Source of the DNA: Nitrospirota bacterium | GTDB lineage: Bacteria > Nitrospirota > Nitrospiria > Nitrospirales > Nitrospiraceae | Reading direction: 5' to 3' | NCBI GenBank assembly: GCA_963701855.1 | Contig: CAVPBK010000010.1 | Location: 27,265-91,264, forward strand | DNA length: 64,000 bases | Shown here: one piece after another, positions 39,057 through 52,910 of the stretch | Position numbering within the stretch: position 1 is the first letter of the stretch | How the letters are laid out: each line of letters opens with the position of its first letter | The notes under the pieces: model-generated | Seen by the model: the letters and a program-made list of their open reading frames with translations, nothing else | The model's database searches: none | What the model was told of the DNA's origin: nothing | Position numbers and translations under genes: made by a program

Positions 39057-40333
39057 ATGGATATTCTAATCCTCTTAGGTCTTATTGTTCTTTCAGCTGT
39101 GATATCCACGGCCGAAATCGGTTTCTTTGCAGTCAATTCAACGAAGCTGAAGGCGCTCGCCCAAACTGGGAATAAACGTGCAAAGCTGGCCCTCCATCTC
39201 CGTAGCGACCCTCAAAAGCTCCTCTCGACTATTTTGGTCGGCGACCGGCTGATTGGCGTGGCGACACCGATGTATGCCACCTTTCTGACCCTGAGTATCT
39301 ATGGAGGCCAAACTTTCTTTGACGAGGCGCTCGCCGTCATGGTCGGATTGTTGACCTTTGTCCTCTTGGTGGCCGTCGATGTGATTCCAAAAACATTAGC
39401 CGCCAAGTTTGCGGTTCCGGTCACTTTGAACATGGCCTACCCCGTTTACGGAGTTCAGTTATTTCTCAAACCATTATTGTTTGTGATAGTGCCGATGATC
39501 TACAAACTCACAGGAGGGAAAGGTCTGACGCTTCCTCTCGTCACTGAAGAAGAGCTGAAGATCATGTTGGATGAGGGGGGGAAGACCGGGACGATTGAGT
39601 TCGAAAAGGTGAAAATGATCAAGAACGTCTTCCAACTCAAAGACATCACAGCTGAAGACGCGATGACCCCTCGTCTCTATGTCTTTTCATTGGATGGCAA
39701 CCTGTGTCTGAAAGAGGCACAGGATCTCCTCTATAACTCAAAATATTCTCGGATACCAGTGTATGACGGGACGCTCGATAACATTACGGGCATTCTCTAC
39801 AAGACAAGGGCATTGACTGAACTTGCCAAGGGGCAAAATGAGGCGAAGCTCAAGGACATCGCCTATCCCCCGCTGTTCGTTCCCGCAGGCAAGACGGCGG
39901 ACGACCTGATGAAGCAGTTTCAGCAGGAAAAGCGGCATATGGCTGTTGTAGTCAACGAATTCGGTGGCGTGATGGGGATTGTCACGCTTGAAGATCTTCT
40001 CGAAGAAGTAGTCGGGGAGATCATGGACGAAACCGATATTACGGAAGAACTGATCAAACGGTTGGGGAAAAATCATATCCTCGTTCACAGTAGAACTGAA
40101 GTGCGCAAGGTCAACGACTTCCTGAAAGTCGACCTTGGCGATGAAGCCGTGACAATCGGCGGTCTTATTCAACAGGAGCTTGGTCGAATTCCCAAGGTTG
40201 GAGAAGAGGTGCGGATTGCCAACTGCCGGATACTTATCCATGAAGCCGAGCCACGATCCATCCGAAGCGTCCAGATCTTTCGTGAAGAGAAATCGCCGGC
40301 TCACGTCGAAGCTCCGAACCTCGATCTCGTCAG

Positions 40334-40337
<4 letters not shown>
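39057..40337 (+). CDS. HlyC/CorC (CNNM + CBS + CorC) transporter
   Basis: N-terminal TMs, IPKTLA, YSRIPVY, VVNEFGGVMGIVTLEDLLEEVVGEI. Confidence 0.9.
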
Positions 40338-42669
<2,332 letters not shown>

Positions 42670-42792
42670 CTATTGTAGGAAAATTAGTTGAGTCGAATTT
42701 TCATTGATCGGCAGCCATTGCTCACCCTTTGCCGCGAGAGGGAAAATACCTCACGACAGTCAAAGGAGCTATCCATGAAAGGGGAGAATTGC

Positions 42793-43404
42793 ATGAACAA
42801 GTTGAGGCCAAGACCCAGCTATCGAATCATTACCATCATCTGCGGAGGGTTGTTGCTAAGCGGATGTGTCATGGCAGAAAAATACGATGCCGAAAAGGCT
42901 CGCAGCCTGAATTTCCAACGCCTTTTGGCCCAGGAAGAAAAGCGCACCGGCGAGCTCGATAGTGAAGTGAAGCGGAGCAGAAATGAGTTGATGGAGTATG
43001 AAGCCAGGAATCGGGAACTGACGGCACAGCTACAAACCTCTCGGGAACAAATGACCCGCGTACAGGAAGAAGCCGAGGCCATGAAAGAATCTGCGCTACT
43101 GGAACGCAAAGCCAAAGCCGATATGAAGCGCAAGCTCACACCGATGCGCAAGGGATTGCCGGGTGAACCGATCTCCAATGCTGTGGATCTGAGCGAATCG
43201 GCTCCTGTTTCTGCTGTGCCAGGGCCAACAGATTCGTTGTCGGGAGGCGTGGGATCGTCCGTAGTTCATGTCGTGAAGCCGGGCGAAACGCTCTATCGGA
43301 TCAGTCGGCGGTATGGCGTTCCGGTGGACAAGGTCAGAAAGTGGAACAAGCTGCCGGACGACATTATTGAAGTAGGGCAGAAACTCATCGTGGGCCAAGA
43401 GTAA
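42793..43404 (+). CDS. Coiled-coil lipoprotein with a C-terminal LysM domain
   Basis: LLLSGC lipobox; HVVKPGETLYRISRRYG..WNKL..IEVGQKL. Confidence 0.85.
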   Translation: MNKLRPRPSYRIITIICGGLLLSGCVMAEKYDAEKARSLNFQRLLAQEEKRTGELDSEVKRSRNELMEYEARNRELTAQLQTSREQMTRVQEEAEAMKESALLERKAKADMKRKLTPMRKGLPGEPISNAVDLSESAPVSAVPGPTDSLSGGVGSSVVHVVKPGETLYRISRRYGVPVDKVRKWNKLPDDIIEVGQKLIVGQE

Positions 43405-43416
43405 TAGGACGGCCAT

Positions 43417-44913
43417 ATGGCCCCTCCGCAATACTCACTCAGTCTCGACCAATTTCGGCAGTATGCTGGAGAGGGCAATCTCGTTCCTCTCTATCGAGAG
43501 ATCCTCGCGGACTATGAGACCCCCGTTTCTGCTTTTGCCAAAATCGATCATGGCCCTTCAGCCTACCTCCTTGAGTCCATTGAGGGTGGTGAGAAATGGG
43601 CACGCTATTCCTTTCTCGGCAGTGGTTCACCCATTGTCGTGTACGAGGATCGGGGAGACCTTCTTGTCGTGGAGGGTACGCGCAAGAAGCGTATTTCCAG
43701 CTGTGGGAATCCTCTCGAACGTCTGAGGGAGATGATGGACGGCTATCGTCCTGTGACCGTGCCGGACCTTCCTCCGTTCGTCGGCGGTGCCGTCGGATAT
43801 CTGGGCTACGACATGGTACGCACGTTCGAGGACCTGGCTGCTCGACAGAAGGACTCGCTCAATCTTCCGGACTTTGCCTTCCTGTTCACTGATACGATGC
43901 TGATCTTTGACAATGTGGCTCAGAAGATTAAAGTCGTAGCCACTGCCCATGTTACGGCAAAAGGGGAACGTGGCATCAAAGCTGCCTACCGTTCGGCGAC
44001 GGAACGGATCGAACGCACGATCACGAGGCTCAGACGTCCGCTCCGCCGAACACGTCCGCATCGCCGCCGCAAGCCGGTGACCTTTACGGCGAACATGAGC
44101 AAGGCAGATTTTGAGAAGATAGTCGTACGAACGAAGGAATACATTCGGGACGGTGATATCGTGCAGGCGGTCTTATCCCAGCGATGGGAGGCCAATGTTC
44201 ATGCGTCGCCGTTACAACTCTATCGCGCGTTGCGCGTGGTGAATCCCTCTCCCTATATGTATTACCTCCGCATCGCTGGGGTTGAACTGGTAGGGTCCTC
44301 TCCGGAGACGCTCGTCCGTTGCGAAAATGGCGTTATTTCCGTCCGCCCCATTGCCGGCACGCGCCGTCGCGGCGTCAATCTTGACGAAGATCAACAGATG
44401 GAACAGCGGCTATTGGCTGATGAAAAGGAACGGGCCGAGCATGTGATGCTCGTCGATCTTGGGCGGAATGATGTCGGCCGCGTGGCGAAACCAGGTTCGG
44501 TCACTGTGGATTCGCTCATGCACGTCGAGCGGTATTCGCATGTGATGCACATTGTGTCAAATGTGACAGGGCAACTGGATGCGTCGAAGACCTCATACGA
44601 TGTGTTGCGCGCCTGTTTCCCTGCCGGCACGGTCTCCGGTGCGCCGAAGATTCGAGCGATGCAGATCATTGATGAACTTGAACCCACGCGGCGCGGTCCC
44701 TATGCCGGCGCGGTGGGCTACTTTAGTTTCTCCGGCAACATGGACATGTGTATTAACATCCGGACGGTCGTCGTGAAAAAACACCAGGCCTTTATTCAGG
44801 CCGGAGCCGGCATCGTTGCCGATTCGAATCCTGAACACGAGTATGAAGAGACTTGCAATAAGGCTCAGGCCATGATGAAAGCCGTCGAATTGGCCGAGCA
44901 GGGACTGGAGTGA
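43417..44913 (+). CDS. trpE: Anthranilate synthase component I
   Basis: LLESIEG, NPSPYMY, PIAGT, EHVMLVDLGRND, FPAGTVSGAPK. Confidence 0.95.
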   Translation: MAPPQYSLSLDQFRQYAGEGNLVPLYREILADYETPVSAFAKIDHGPSAYLLESIEGGEKWARYSFLGSGSPIVVYEDRGDLLVVEGTRKKRISSCGNPLERLREMMDGYRPVTVPDLPPFVGGAVGYLGYDMVRTFEDLAARQKDSLNLPDFAFLFTDTMLIFDNVAQKIKVVATAHVTAKGERGIKAAYRSATERIERTITRLRRPLRRTRPHRRRKPVTFTANMSKADFEKIVVRTKEYIRDGDIVQAVLSQRWEANVHASPLQLYRALRVVNPSPYMYYLRIAGVELVGSSPETLVRCENGVISVRPIAGTRRRGVNLDEDQQMEQRLLADEKERAEHVMLVDLGRNDVGRVAKPGSVTVDSLMHVERYSHVMHIVSNVTGQLDASKTSYDVLRACFPAGTVSGAPKIRAMQIIDELEPTRRGPYAGAVGYFSFSGNMDMCINIRTVVVKKHQAFIQAGAGIVADSNPEHEYEETCNKAQAMMKAVELAEQGLE

Positions 44914-44996
44914 GCACGTAAGGCGTGGGAAGTAGGGGGTGAGGCGATCAGAATCTCGCCGATTTTCCCCTAACGCCTTATACCTCACGGTGTATT

Positions 44997-45560
44997 ATGC
45001 TGTTGATGATCGACAACTATGACTCCTTCACCTATAACCTCGTGCAATATTTCGGGGAACTGGGTGAAGATGTTCGAGTGTTCCGCAATAATAAGATTAC
45101 GATCGATCAGATCGAGTCTCTAAAACCCAGCCGCATCGTCATTTCTCCAGGGCCCTGCACGCCGGTGGAAGCTGGCGTATCGGTCGAGACCGTCCGGCAT
45201 TTTGGCGGGCGTCTCCCGCTCTTGGGCGTCTGCCTCGGCCATCAGTCTTTGGCGGTGGCTTTTGGCGGCGAAGTCGTCCGAGCCGAACGGTTGATGCATG
45301 GCAAAACGTCGAAAATCCAGCACGACGGGAAAACAATTTTTCATCAGCTGCCCACTCCCTTTGACGCGACACGCTACCACTCTCTGATTGTGAAGCGAGA
45401 AACGTTGCCGTCCTGTTTTGAAATCTCTGCTGAGACGAACAAGGGTGAAATCATGGGACTCCGCCATCGAACGCTGGGTATCGAAGGGGTCCAGTTTCAT
45501 CCAGAGTCGATTCTCACCACGTCGGGGAAGGATCTTCTTCGAAACTTCCTGAAGCTGTAA
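44997..45560 (+). CDS. trpG: Anthranilate synthase component II
   Basis: [34 protein letters not shown]. Confidence 0.95.
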   Translation: MLLMIDNYDSFTYNLVQYFGELGEDVRVFRNNKITIDQIESLKPSRIVISPGPCTPVEAGVSVETVRHFGGRLPLLGVCLGHQSLAVAFGGEVVRAERLMHGKTSKIQHDGKTIFHQLPTPFDATRYHSLIVKRETLPSCFEISAETNKGEIMGLRHRTLGIEGVQFHPESILTTSGKDLLRNFLKL

Positions 45561-45584
45561 CGTGGCTCGCCCCACTTCCGATCC

Positions 45585-46598
45585 ATGATCAAAAACGCGA
45601 TTGCTAAACTTGCCGACCGCTCCTCCCTCACCGAACAAGAAGCCGAGTCGGTGATGCTTGAGATCATGGATGGCGCAGCAACTTCGGCCCAAATTTCTGC
45701 CTATTTGATGGGGCTCCGGCTGAAGGGAGAAACCGTCGAGGAAGTTACCGGCTCGGTGCGGGCTATGCGTGCCAAAGCCGTTCGTATTGCAATCGGTGAT
45801 CCCCTGGTTGTGGATACCTGCGGCACGGGCGGGGATGGGGCCAACACCTTTAATATTTCCACCACAGTGGCGCTTGTCCTCGCAGGTGCAGGCTTGACTG
45901 TGGCAAAGCACGGCAACCGTTCTGTGTCGTCCAGGTCAGGGAGTGCGGATGTTCTCTCAGCCCTCGGGGTCAAGATTGATCTGCCGACTGAACGCGTGGC
46001 CGATTGTATCAATGAGGTTGGGATCGGCTTTCTCTTTGCCCCGCTCTATCATGGAGCTATGAAACATTGTGCCGGTCCAAGACAGGAAATGGGCATCCGG
46101 ACCATGTTGAATCTCTTGGGTCCGCTGACCAATCCTGCGGGAGCTACCATTCAAGTGCTCGGTGTCTATGAGGGGCGATTGACCTCCCTGCTGGGGAATG
46201 TGCTCATGCATCTGGGGTCGCAACATTGCTATGTTGTACATGGGATGGACGGGCTCGATGAGATCACCCTCACGACAAAGACGCAGATTTCTGAAGCCAA
46301 GGGGGGTGTTCTTTCGAACTACCTTCTGGATCCGGGAGAGTTCGGGCTGGCGCTGGTCCCAGCCAAACAGCTGACCGGAGGGACTCCGCAAGAGAATGCC
46401 GCGATGACTCGCGACATTTTCCAAGGGCGGAAGGGGCCGAAACGGGACATCGTCTGTTTGAATGCTGCGCCGGCTCTTGTTGCAGGGCGCAAGGCGGTAA
46501 CCCTTCAAGAGGGATTCCTCTTGGCAGGCCAGGTGATCGATTCCGGTGCCGCGGCCGAGAAAATGGCCCGTCTTATCGCATTTACGAATAAGGGCTGA
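45585..46598 (+). CDS. trpD: Anthranilate phosphoribosyltransferase
   Basis: DTCGTGGD, NIST, KHGNRSVSS, GLDE. Confidence 0.95.
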   Translation: MIKNAIAKLADRSSLTEQEAESVMLEIMDGAATSAQISAYLMGLRLKGETVEEVTGSVRAMRAKAVRIAIGDPLVVDTCGTGGDGANTFNISTTVALVLAGAGLTVAKHGNRSVSSRSGSADVLSALGVKIDLPTERVADCINEVGIGFLFAPLYHGAMKHCAGPRQEMGIRTMLNLLGPLTNPAGATIQVLGVYEGRLTSLLGNVLMHLGSQHCYVVHGMDGLDEITLTTKTQISEAKGGVLSNYLLDPGEFGLALVPAKQLTGGTPQENAAMTRDIFQGRKGPKRDIVCLNAAPALVAGRKAVTLQEGFLLAGQVIDSGAAAEKMARLIAFTNKG

Positions 46599-46605
46599 CG
46601 CCATT

Positions 46606-47427
46606 GTGATTCTCTCTCGTATTCTTGAGCATAAGAAAGCGGAACTCCGGCGCAAGCGAAGCCGGGGCTACCTCTCCGAGTTGAAGGCGAAGATTCAAGA
46701 CGCGCCAGGCCCACTCGGTTTTGCCGTGACTCTCGAGGCTACGAGAACGGGCGGCAGTCCTGCACTGATTGCCGAAGTGAAAAAGGCCTCACCCAGCCTT
46801 GGCCTACTCCGCCCTGAGTTTTCTGAGCGATTCGACTATCTCGAAATTGCCAAAGCCTATCATGCCCATGGCGCCTCGGCGCTGTCCGTCTTAACCGACA
46901 AGGATTTCTTCCAGGGGAGCCTCGACTATCTCCGAGAGATCAAACTGTCTGTGCCCATGCCCGTCTTGAACAAAGAGTTCATGGTCGATGAAATCCAGTT
47001 TTACGAAGCGCGAGCCTACGGGGCCGATGCAGTCCTCTTGATTGTCGCTGCGCTTGAACGGCAGCAACTGGTCGATTTCTATGCCCTCGCCCGTGGGTTA
47101 GGGGTGGACGTGCTCATCGAGACCCATCACGAACGCGAACTCGATAGGGTATTGGAGCGACTTCCTGAGGCGAGGTTGATCGGTATCAACAATCGAGATC
47201 TTAAGACCTTCACGACTGATCTGGCCATCACGCTGCGCTTGGCGAAACGGGTTCCGGTCGGTAAGCTGATCGTCAGCGAAAGCGGCATCCACCAGCGTGC
47301 CGACGTAGTCCGGCTGGTCGAATCCGGCATTCATGCCATGCTTGTGGGAGAATCGCTCATTCGGGCCGATGACATTGGGGAGAAAATTCGTGAGTTGAGA
47401 GGAGTTCCGGCTCCATCGCACGCATAG
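46606..47427 (+). CDS. trpC: Indole-3-glycerol phosphate synthase
   Basis: IAEVKKASPS, LSVLTD, GINNRDL, SESGI; probable GTG start 46606. Confidence 0.93.
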   Translation: MILSRILEHKKAELRRKRSRGYLSELKAKIQDAPGPLGFAVTLEATRTGGSPALIAEVKKASPSLGLLRPEFSERFDYLEIAKAYHAHGASALSVLTDKDFFQGSLDYLREIKLSVPMPVLNKEFMVDEIQFYEARAYGADAVLLIVAALERQQLVDFYALARGLGVDVLIETHHERELDRVLERLPEARLIGINNRDLKTFTTDLAITLRLAKRVPVGKLIVSESGIHQRADVVRLVESGIHAMLVGESLIRADDIGEKIRELRGVPAPSHA

Positions 47428-47429
47428 CA

Positions 47430-47626
47430 TGGTGCTGAAAAAGTCCGCCAGCGTCGTTCTCGCATCGCTCAGAGGCTCAACGTACCGAAGCGTACGCCTC
47501 GCCTCTTCGCCCGCTGTGGCCTTGCTGGACGGCCTTTTGAGCATCCTGCGTGGTATCTTCTACTTGTCCTAGGCGTGCGGTCCAGTAACATTCTGGCTTG
47601 CCGCAATAGTTTTTCACCAGGTTGCT
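47430..47626 (+). repeat. Repeat family A copy (47430-47546) plus a shared extension
   Basis: Reverse complement matches 48294-48558. Confidence 0.85.
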
Positions 47627-47629
47627 AAG

Positions 47630-48271
47630 ATGGCCCATGCACCCAAAGTTAAAATTTGTGGGATTACCAACGCCGAGGATGCTGCCGTTGCAGTCGAGGC
47701 GGGGGCCGATGCTTTGGGGTTTGTATTCTATCGGAAAAGTCCCCGGTATATCGAGCCCACGCTGGCCCGTCAGATCGTTATGAATCTGCCCCCCTTGGTA
47801 ATACCGGTGGGTGTGTTCGTTGACGAAGAGCAACAAGTAGTTCGGAATCTGATGGACGACTGTGGACTCGCGCTCGCACAGTTGCACGGAAACGAATCGG
47901 CGATCTATTGCAAAGAGTTAGGTCGTACGGTTCTCAAAGCGCTCCGCGTGAAAGATCGAAGCACGTTTCTCGCCTTGGCGGAGTTTCGCGGGCGGGCCGG
48001 AGTTCGAGGGTTCATACTGGACGCCTTTTCCGATCAGGCCTATGGAGGCACTGGACATGTGATCGATTGGCAACTTGCCGCAGAGGTAGCCAAGGCTGCA
48101 AGCATTCTCCTGGCCGGAGGACTCACCCCGGACAATGTTGAGAAGGCGATTCAGGTGGTACAGCCATACGGTGTGGATGTAAGCAGCGGCGTCGAGCGGA
48201 CTCCAGGCAAGAAGGATCACGATAAAGTGCGGGCATTCATTCAGGCTGTCAGGGTTGTCTCCCTGACATGA
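47630..48271 (+). CDS. trpF: Phosphoribosylanthranilate isomerase
   Basis: KICGIT, SPRY, QLHG, GGTG, LAGGL, DVSSGVE. Confidence 0.95.
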   Translation: MAHAPKVKICGITNAEDAAVAVEAGADALGFVFYRKSPRYIEPTLARQIVMNLPPLVIPVGVFVDEEQQVVRNLMDDCGLALAQLHGNESAIYCKELGRTVLKALRVKDRSTFLALAEFRGRAGVRGFILDAFSDQAYGGTGHVIDWQLAAEVAKAASILLAGGLTPDNVEKAIQVVQPYGVDVSSGVERTPGKKDHDKVRAFIQAVRVVSLT

Positions 48272-48293
48272 GCCCGTCTATACTGCGGCACCT

Positions 48294-48558
48294 TGCAGCA
48301 TGCTGACAACTCTGTGGGTAGGCAGAACGTTACTGGACCGCACGCCTAGGACAAGTAGAAGATGCCACGCAGGATGCTCAAAAAGTCTGTCCAGCAAGGC
48401 CGCAGCGAATGAAGGCCCGAGGCGTACCCTCTGGGGCGCACGGTGCGACGAATAAGGAGCATCACGTCTGTGCGCGCCGCTGAGTTGGTGAGGCGGCCGG
48501 ATCCCCGTTGAGGGTCTGAGCGATGCGAGAACGACGCTGGCGGGATTTTTCAGCATCC
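48294..48558 (-). repeat. Repeat family A copy (48372-48558, with a central insert) plus extension
   Basis: CAGAACGTTACTGGACCGCACGCCTAGGACAAGTAGAAGATGCCACGCAGGATGCTCAAAA is the near-perfect inverse of 47535-47595. Confidence 0.85.
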
Positions 48559-48582
48559 TGAGCAATGAGCAGGAGGACGGTG

Positions 48583-49776
48583 ATGGGTTCTGTTCCCACT
48601 AAACAAGGTCGTTTCGGCGCGTATGGCGGACGCTATGTCCCTGAAACACTTATGCCTGCGCTGCTTGAATTGGAGAAGGAATATGTCCGTGTGAAAAGGG
48701 ACCGGGGCTTCCAGTCCGAACTCGCCTATTATTTGAAGCACTACGTCGGACGTCCCACCTCGCTTTACTTTGCGCAACGGCTTACGAAGCGGTTGGGTGG
48801 AGCAAAGATTTATTTGAAGCGCGAAGACCTCTGTCATACCGGGGCTCATAAAATCAACAATGCGATCGGGCAGGGTCTGTTGGCTCGACGGATGAAGAAG
48901 CCCCGCATTATCGCTGAAACCGGGGCCGGACAACATGGGGTCGCGACAGCGACCGTCGCGGCGATGTTCGGACTTCAATGTGAAATTTACATGGGGACGG
49001 AAGACATGCGGCGCCAGGCGCTGAACGTTTTCCGGATGAGATTGCTCGGCTCGACTGTCACGGGAGTTGATGCGGGAAGCCGAACCCTCAAGGATGCCAT
49101 CAGCGAAGCTATGCGGGATTGGACGACAAATATCCGCACGACCCACTATATCCTAGGCTCAGTGCTCGGGGCCCATCCCTATCCGATGATGATCCGAGAC
49201 TTCCAATCCATCATCGGGCGTGAAGCTCGGCGACAGATCCTGGCGGCAGAAGGCCGGTTGCCGGATTGCCTCATTGCCTGCGTCGGAGGAGGCAGTAACG
49301 CCATAGGACTCTTCCATGCGTTCATCCGCGATAAGAAGGTGAAGATGATAGGCGTAGAAGCCGGCGGCCTTGGGGTCGCGAGCGGAAAGCATGCCGCGCG
49401 TTTTGCCGGAGGAAAGCCGGGCGTCTTGCAAGGCACCATGACCTATTTGCTCCAGGGCGATGACGGGCAAGTGAATCTGACCCATTCGGTTTCAGCCGGG
49501 TTGGATTATGCGGCGATCGGCCCCGAACACAGTTATTTGCGGGATCAAGGGCGAGCTGAATACACCTCAGTGACTGACGACGAAGCCATGGCGGCGTTTG
49601 ATTTATTGGCCAGAGAAGAAGGAATCATGCCGGCCCTCGAAAGTGCCCATGCCGTTGCCCACACGATGAAGGTAGCGCCCAGGATGAAGAAGAACCAGCT
49701 TCTGGTTGTAAATCTTTCCGGTCGCGGAGATAAGGATGTCCAGCAGATTGCCAACATGCGAGGAATCACGCTGTGA
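48583..49776 (+). CDS. trpB: Tryptophan synthase beta chain
   Basis: [41 protein letters not shown]. Confidence 0.96.
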   Translation: MGSVPTKQGRFGAYGGRYVPETLMPALLELEKEYVRVKRDRGFQSELAYYLKHYVGRPTSLYFAQRLTKRLGGAKIYLKREDLCHTGAHKINNAIGQGLLARRMKKPRIIAETGAGQHGVATATVAAMFGLQCEIYMGTEDMRRQALNVFRMRLLGSTVTGVDAGSRTLKDAISEAMRDWTTNIRTTHYILGSVLGAHPYPMMIRDFQSIIGREARRQILAAEGRLPDCLIACVGGGSNAIGLFHAFIRDKKVKMIGVEAGGLGVASGKHAARFAGGKPGVLQGTMTYLLQGDDGQVNLTHSVSAGLDYAAIGPEHSYLRDQGRAEYTSVTDDEAMAAFDLLAREEGIMPALESAHAVAHTMKVAPRMKKNQLLVVNLSGRGDKDVQQIANMRGITL

Positions 49777-50600
49777 CATCGAAGCTCGACAATACATTCG
49801 CACAGCTTCGGCAGAGAGGTGAGAAGGCCCTCATTGCCTATGTGATGGCAGGCGATCCTTCACTGCAAGAGACCGAACAACTTGTCATGGGGTTAGAGCA
49901 GGCCGGGGCCGATATCATTGAACTGGGCGTCCCGTTTTCCGACCCCATCGCCGATGGTCCCGTGATTCAGCAGGCGGCAGAACGAGCCTTGCGCAGCGGG
50001 ACATCGCTTCCAAAAATCATTTCTATGGTCAGACGTCTCAGAGCCAAGACCCAGATTCCGCTGGTCTTGATGGCCTACTACAATAGTGTTCACGCGTTTG
50101 GCCCCGAACGATTCTGTCAGGAGGCTGCCCAAGCCGGTGTTGACGGACTAATCATGCCTGACATGCCGCCTGACGAAGCAGGTCCGCTCAAAGGGCCGGC
50201 TGCCACGGCTGGGCTTCCACTGATTTATCTTCTTGCCCCCACGAGCACGGCAGAACGACGGACATTTGTGGCGCGCCAGTCACAGGGCTTTGTCTATTAC
50301 GTTTCACTGACTGGGATCACCGGTGCGAAATTGGTCAACCTGGACGATGTGGGGAAGAATGTAGAGAAAATTAGGAAGGTCACGAAGGTTCCGGTGGCGG
50401 TCGGGTTCGGGGTCGCTACGCCGATTGACGCTGCCAGGGTCGCGGCCATTGCCGATGGGGTGATCGTCGGCAGTGCGATCGTCAAGCAGATTGCCGCATA
50501 CCAGCAGAAACCGGAGATGGTGAAGCATGTGGCCGAATTTGTCCGATCATTGAAGGCTGCCATGCGAGCGGCTCAGCCCAAAAGCTTGCTAGGCGTTTGA
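49773..50600 (+). CDS. trpA: Tryptophan synthase alpha chain
   Basis: [32 protein letters not shown]. Confidence 0.96.
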   Translation: MTSKLDNTFAQLRQRGEKALIAYVMAGDPSLQETEQLVMGLEQAGADIIELGVPFSDPIADGPVIQQAAERALRSGTSLPKIISMVRRLRAKTQIPLVLMAYYNSVHAFGPERFCQEAAQAGVDGLIMPDMPPDEAGPLKGPAATAGLPLIYLLAPTSTAERRTFVARQSQGFVYYVSLTGITGAKLVNLDDVGKNVEKIRKVTKVPVAVGFGVATPIDAARVAAIADGVIVGSAIVKQIAAYQQKPEMVKHVAEFVRSLKAAMRAAQPKSLLGV

Positions 50601-50918
50601 ACCACCCTCTCCTCATTGAAAACCACAGAGCGTGCTGCTCGATCTGACGAGAGTCGGTCCCTTCACGCGCACTGAGAAAATTCAGACGAAGCAGGACTAG
50701 CATTTGGCTTGGGAGGCATAGACGCGATCATTTCAGCGGCTGGGTCTTTGGCGACGTCTTTCAAGTTGGGTCTTTAAAACAGTAGCTGCTGGATTTTTCA
50801 TGCCGTGCCTTCCAGACTGTTGTGCCGGTTGTAGCATCAATAAGCCGCAGGCTGAGTCCGATGCGGCCGACGTTATCGACTTCTTTGCGTGTTGTAGCGA
50901 ACGGGTGCTCGTCGAGAG

Positions 50919-51581
50919 TTAGACGATCTGACCATCCTGCATATGCACAATCCGGTCTGCTTGGGCAGACAGTTTGTCGTTGTGGGTGACGATCACGAAG
51001 GTCGTTCCGCGGGCCTTGTTCAGTTCACGCATCATCGCAAAGAGCGCGTCGCCCGTATGGGTATCTAGATTTCCCGTCGGCTCATCAGCCAACACGAGAT
51101 CGGGTTTCTGCAAGAGGGCTCGTGCGAACGCCACGCGCTGCTGTTCACCGCCGGATAATTCACCAGGCTTATGATGTAGCCGAGCTCCCAGCCCGACTTC
51201 CTGCAACAATGCGACGGCCTCCGGTTCAATATCTGCCGGATGCCGTCTCTGGATCAGCGCCGGCATGCAGGCATTCTCGATTGCGGTGAACTCCGGCAGG
51301 AGATGATGAAACTGGAAGACAAACCCGATCCGCCGATTCCGGAAATCCGCCTGTTCACCTTCCGATATCTGGAATATATCCTGGCCGTCGAAATGGACCG
51401 TTCCTGTAGTGGGACGATCAAGCGTCCCGATAATATGGAGCAGAGTGCTCTTCCCGGCTCCCGAAGCCCCGACAATCGCAATCAATTCGCCCCGCTGAAT
51501 CTGCAGATTGACGCCCTTCAGCACTGTGAGGGTTTGCCCGCCCATCGGGAACGATTTGTAAAGATTTGTGACGGTGATCAT
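50919..51581 (-). CDS. lolD: Lipoprotein-releasing ABC transporter ATPase
   Basis: GASGAGKST, FQFHHLLPEF, LSGGEQQRVA, DEPTGNLD. Confidence 0.92.
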   Translation of the reverse strand: MITVTNLYKSFPMGGQTLTVLKGVNLQIQRGELIAIVGASGAGKSTLLHIIGTLDRPTTGTVHFDGQDIFQISEGEQADFRNRRIGFVFQFHHLLPEFTAIENACMPALIQRRHPADIEPEAVALLQEVGLGARLHHKPGELSGGEQQRVAFARALLQKPDLVLADEPTGNLDTHTGDALFAMMRELNKARGTTFVIVTHNDKLSAQADRIVHMQDGQIV

Positions 51582-51627
51582 GCCGGAATTTTAGAATGAA
51601 AGAAAAATAATGAAAAGGCCGGCATGA

Positions 51628-52908
51628 TCATTCGTAGCGCAACGCGGCCACCGGTTCGAGTTTGGCTGCTTGGAGCGAGGGGTAGACCGTGGCGGCGAAG
51701 CTAATAAGAATTGCAGAGCCTGCCACAAGGAAGACATCCATCGCTTGTACGTGGACGGGGATTCGCGAGATGTAATAGACCGAGGGATCGAAGGTCCAGA
51801 ATGTCTGGATCAGCCAAAGAAATGTGTAGCCGAGCGGAATGCCGATGGCTGTTCCGGACAGGCCGATGATCAATCCGTTCAGCATGAAAATGCGCCGAAT
51901 GCTCTTGCGCGTCGCGCCCATGGCTTTAAGGATCGCAATCTCTTTTTGTTTTTCTGTCACGATCATCGTGAGGGTGCTGACGATGTTGAAGGAAGCCACG
52001 ATTGTGATCAGCACCAACAAGAGAAACATCATCGTCTTTTCAAGTTTGAGGGCTGAGAACAGATTGCGATTCATCTGCATCCAGTCGCGCGCGCCATAGG
52101 CGAAGCCGAGCGACTGCTCCACGGAACGGGCCGTCTCATCCGCGTGGAAGACGTCCGTGACTTTAATTTCAATGCCCGTCACGGTGTGCCCCATGTTGAA
52201 GAACTTCTGTGCCTCCGCGAGGTCGATGTAGGCCAACGACGAATCGTACTCGTACATGCCGGATTGAAATAGAGCGATCAGCGCAAAGGTTCTGATCTTG
52301 GGTACCATGCCGATCGCGCTGATCGGACCGGCGGGAGGGGACACGACGTTGACCGTATCTCCGACAAAGACGCCGAGCCGCATCGCCAATTCCTTGCCCA
52401 GGATGATACCGGGCTTTTCCGTCTCGATGGTCGGACCGGTCGGATCGTCTGCGGATGGCTGTCTCACCTTGACCGGCCTGCTGAGGTCAGCTAACTCTCC
52501 AGTCGAGAGATTTTTAGCCAGCTCGGTCACTGTAGCTTCACGCTGCGGGTCGATGCCACGAATCACAATGCCTTGCACGCCGCTCTGGGTCGTGAGCAAG
52601 ACCTGCTTGAGCACAAACGGGGTGGCCGCCACGACGCCGGGCACGGTTGTTACCTGTTTGGCGACTGGATCGTACTCGCTCATGCTGTCTTTCATCCGAT
52701 CCTGTACGATGATATGGGCCGTTGTCCCAAGAATCTTAGCCTGAATGTCTTCTTTGAAACCGGTCATGATGCCGACCGTCCCAATCAGGGCAGCCACACC
52801 GAGTGTGATCCCGGCAATAGAGACCACGGTGTTCAATGAAATTGTCCGATTCCGCCGCTTCGCGCGCAGATATCGCAATCCGACAAAGATTTCGTAGGGG
52901 AGGGCCAC
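51628..52908 (-). CDS. Lipoprotein-releasing ABC transporter permease (LolC/E family)
   Basis: GITLGVAAL, EKQKEIAILKAMG, YPSLQAAKLEPVAALRYE. Confidence 0.9.
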   Translation of the reverse strand: MALPYEIFVGLRYLRAKRRNRTISLNTVVSIAGITLGVAALIGTVGIMTGFKEDIQAKILGTTAHIIVQDRMKDSMSEYDPVAKQVTTVPGVVAATPFVLKQVLLTTQSGVQGIVIRGIDPQREATVTELAKNLSTGELADLSRPVKVRQPSADDPTGPTIETEKPGIILGKELAMRLGVFVGDTVNVVSPPAGPISAIGMVPKIRTFALIALFQSGMYEYDSSLAYIDLAEAQKFFNMGHTVTGIEIKVTDVFHADETARSVEQSLGFAYGARDWMQMNRNLFSALKLEKTMMFLLLVLITIVASFNIVSTLTMIVTEKQKEIAILKAMGATRKSIRRIFMLNGLIIGLSGTAIGIPLGYTFLWLIQTFWTFDPSVYYISRIPVHVQAMDVFLVAGSAILISFAATVYPSLQAAKLEPVAALRYE

Positions 52909-52910
52909 CG

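Noticed and set aside
43405..43416. trp attenuator or leader peptide
   Set aside because: trpE starts 12 nt after the LysM gene, leaving no room, and no Trp-rich leader is seen.
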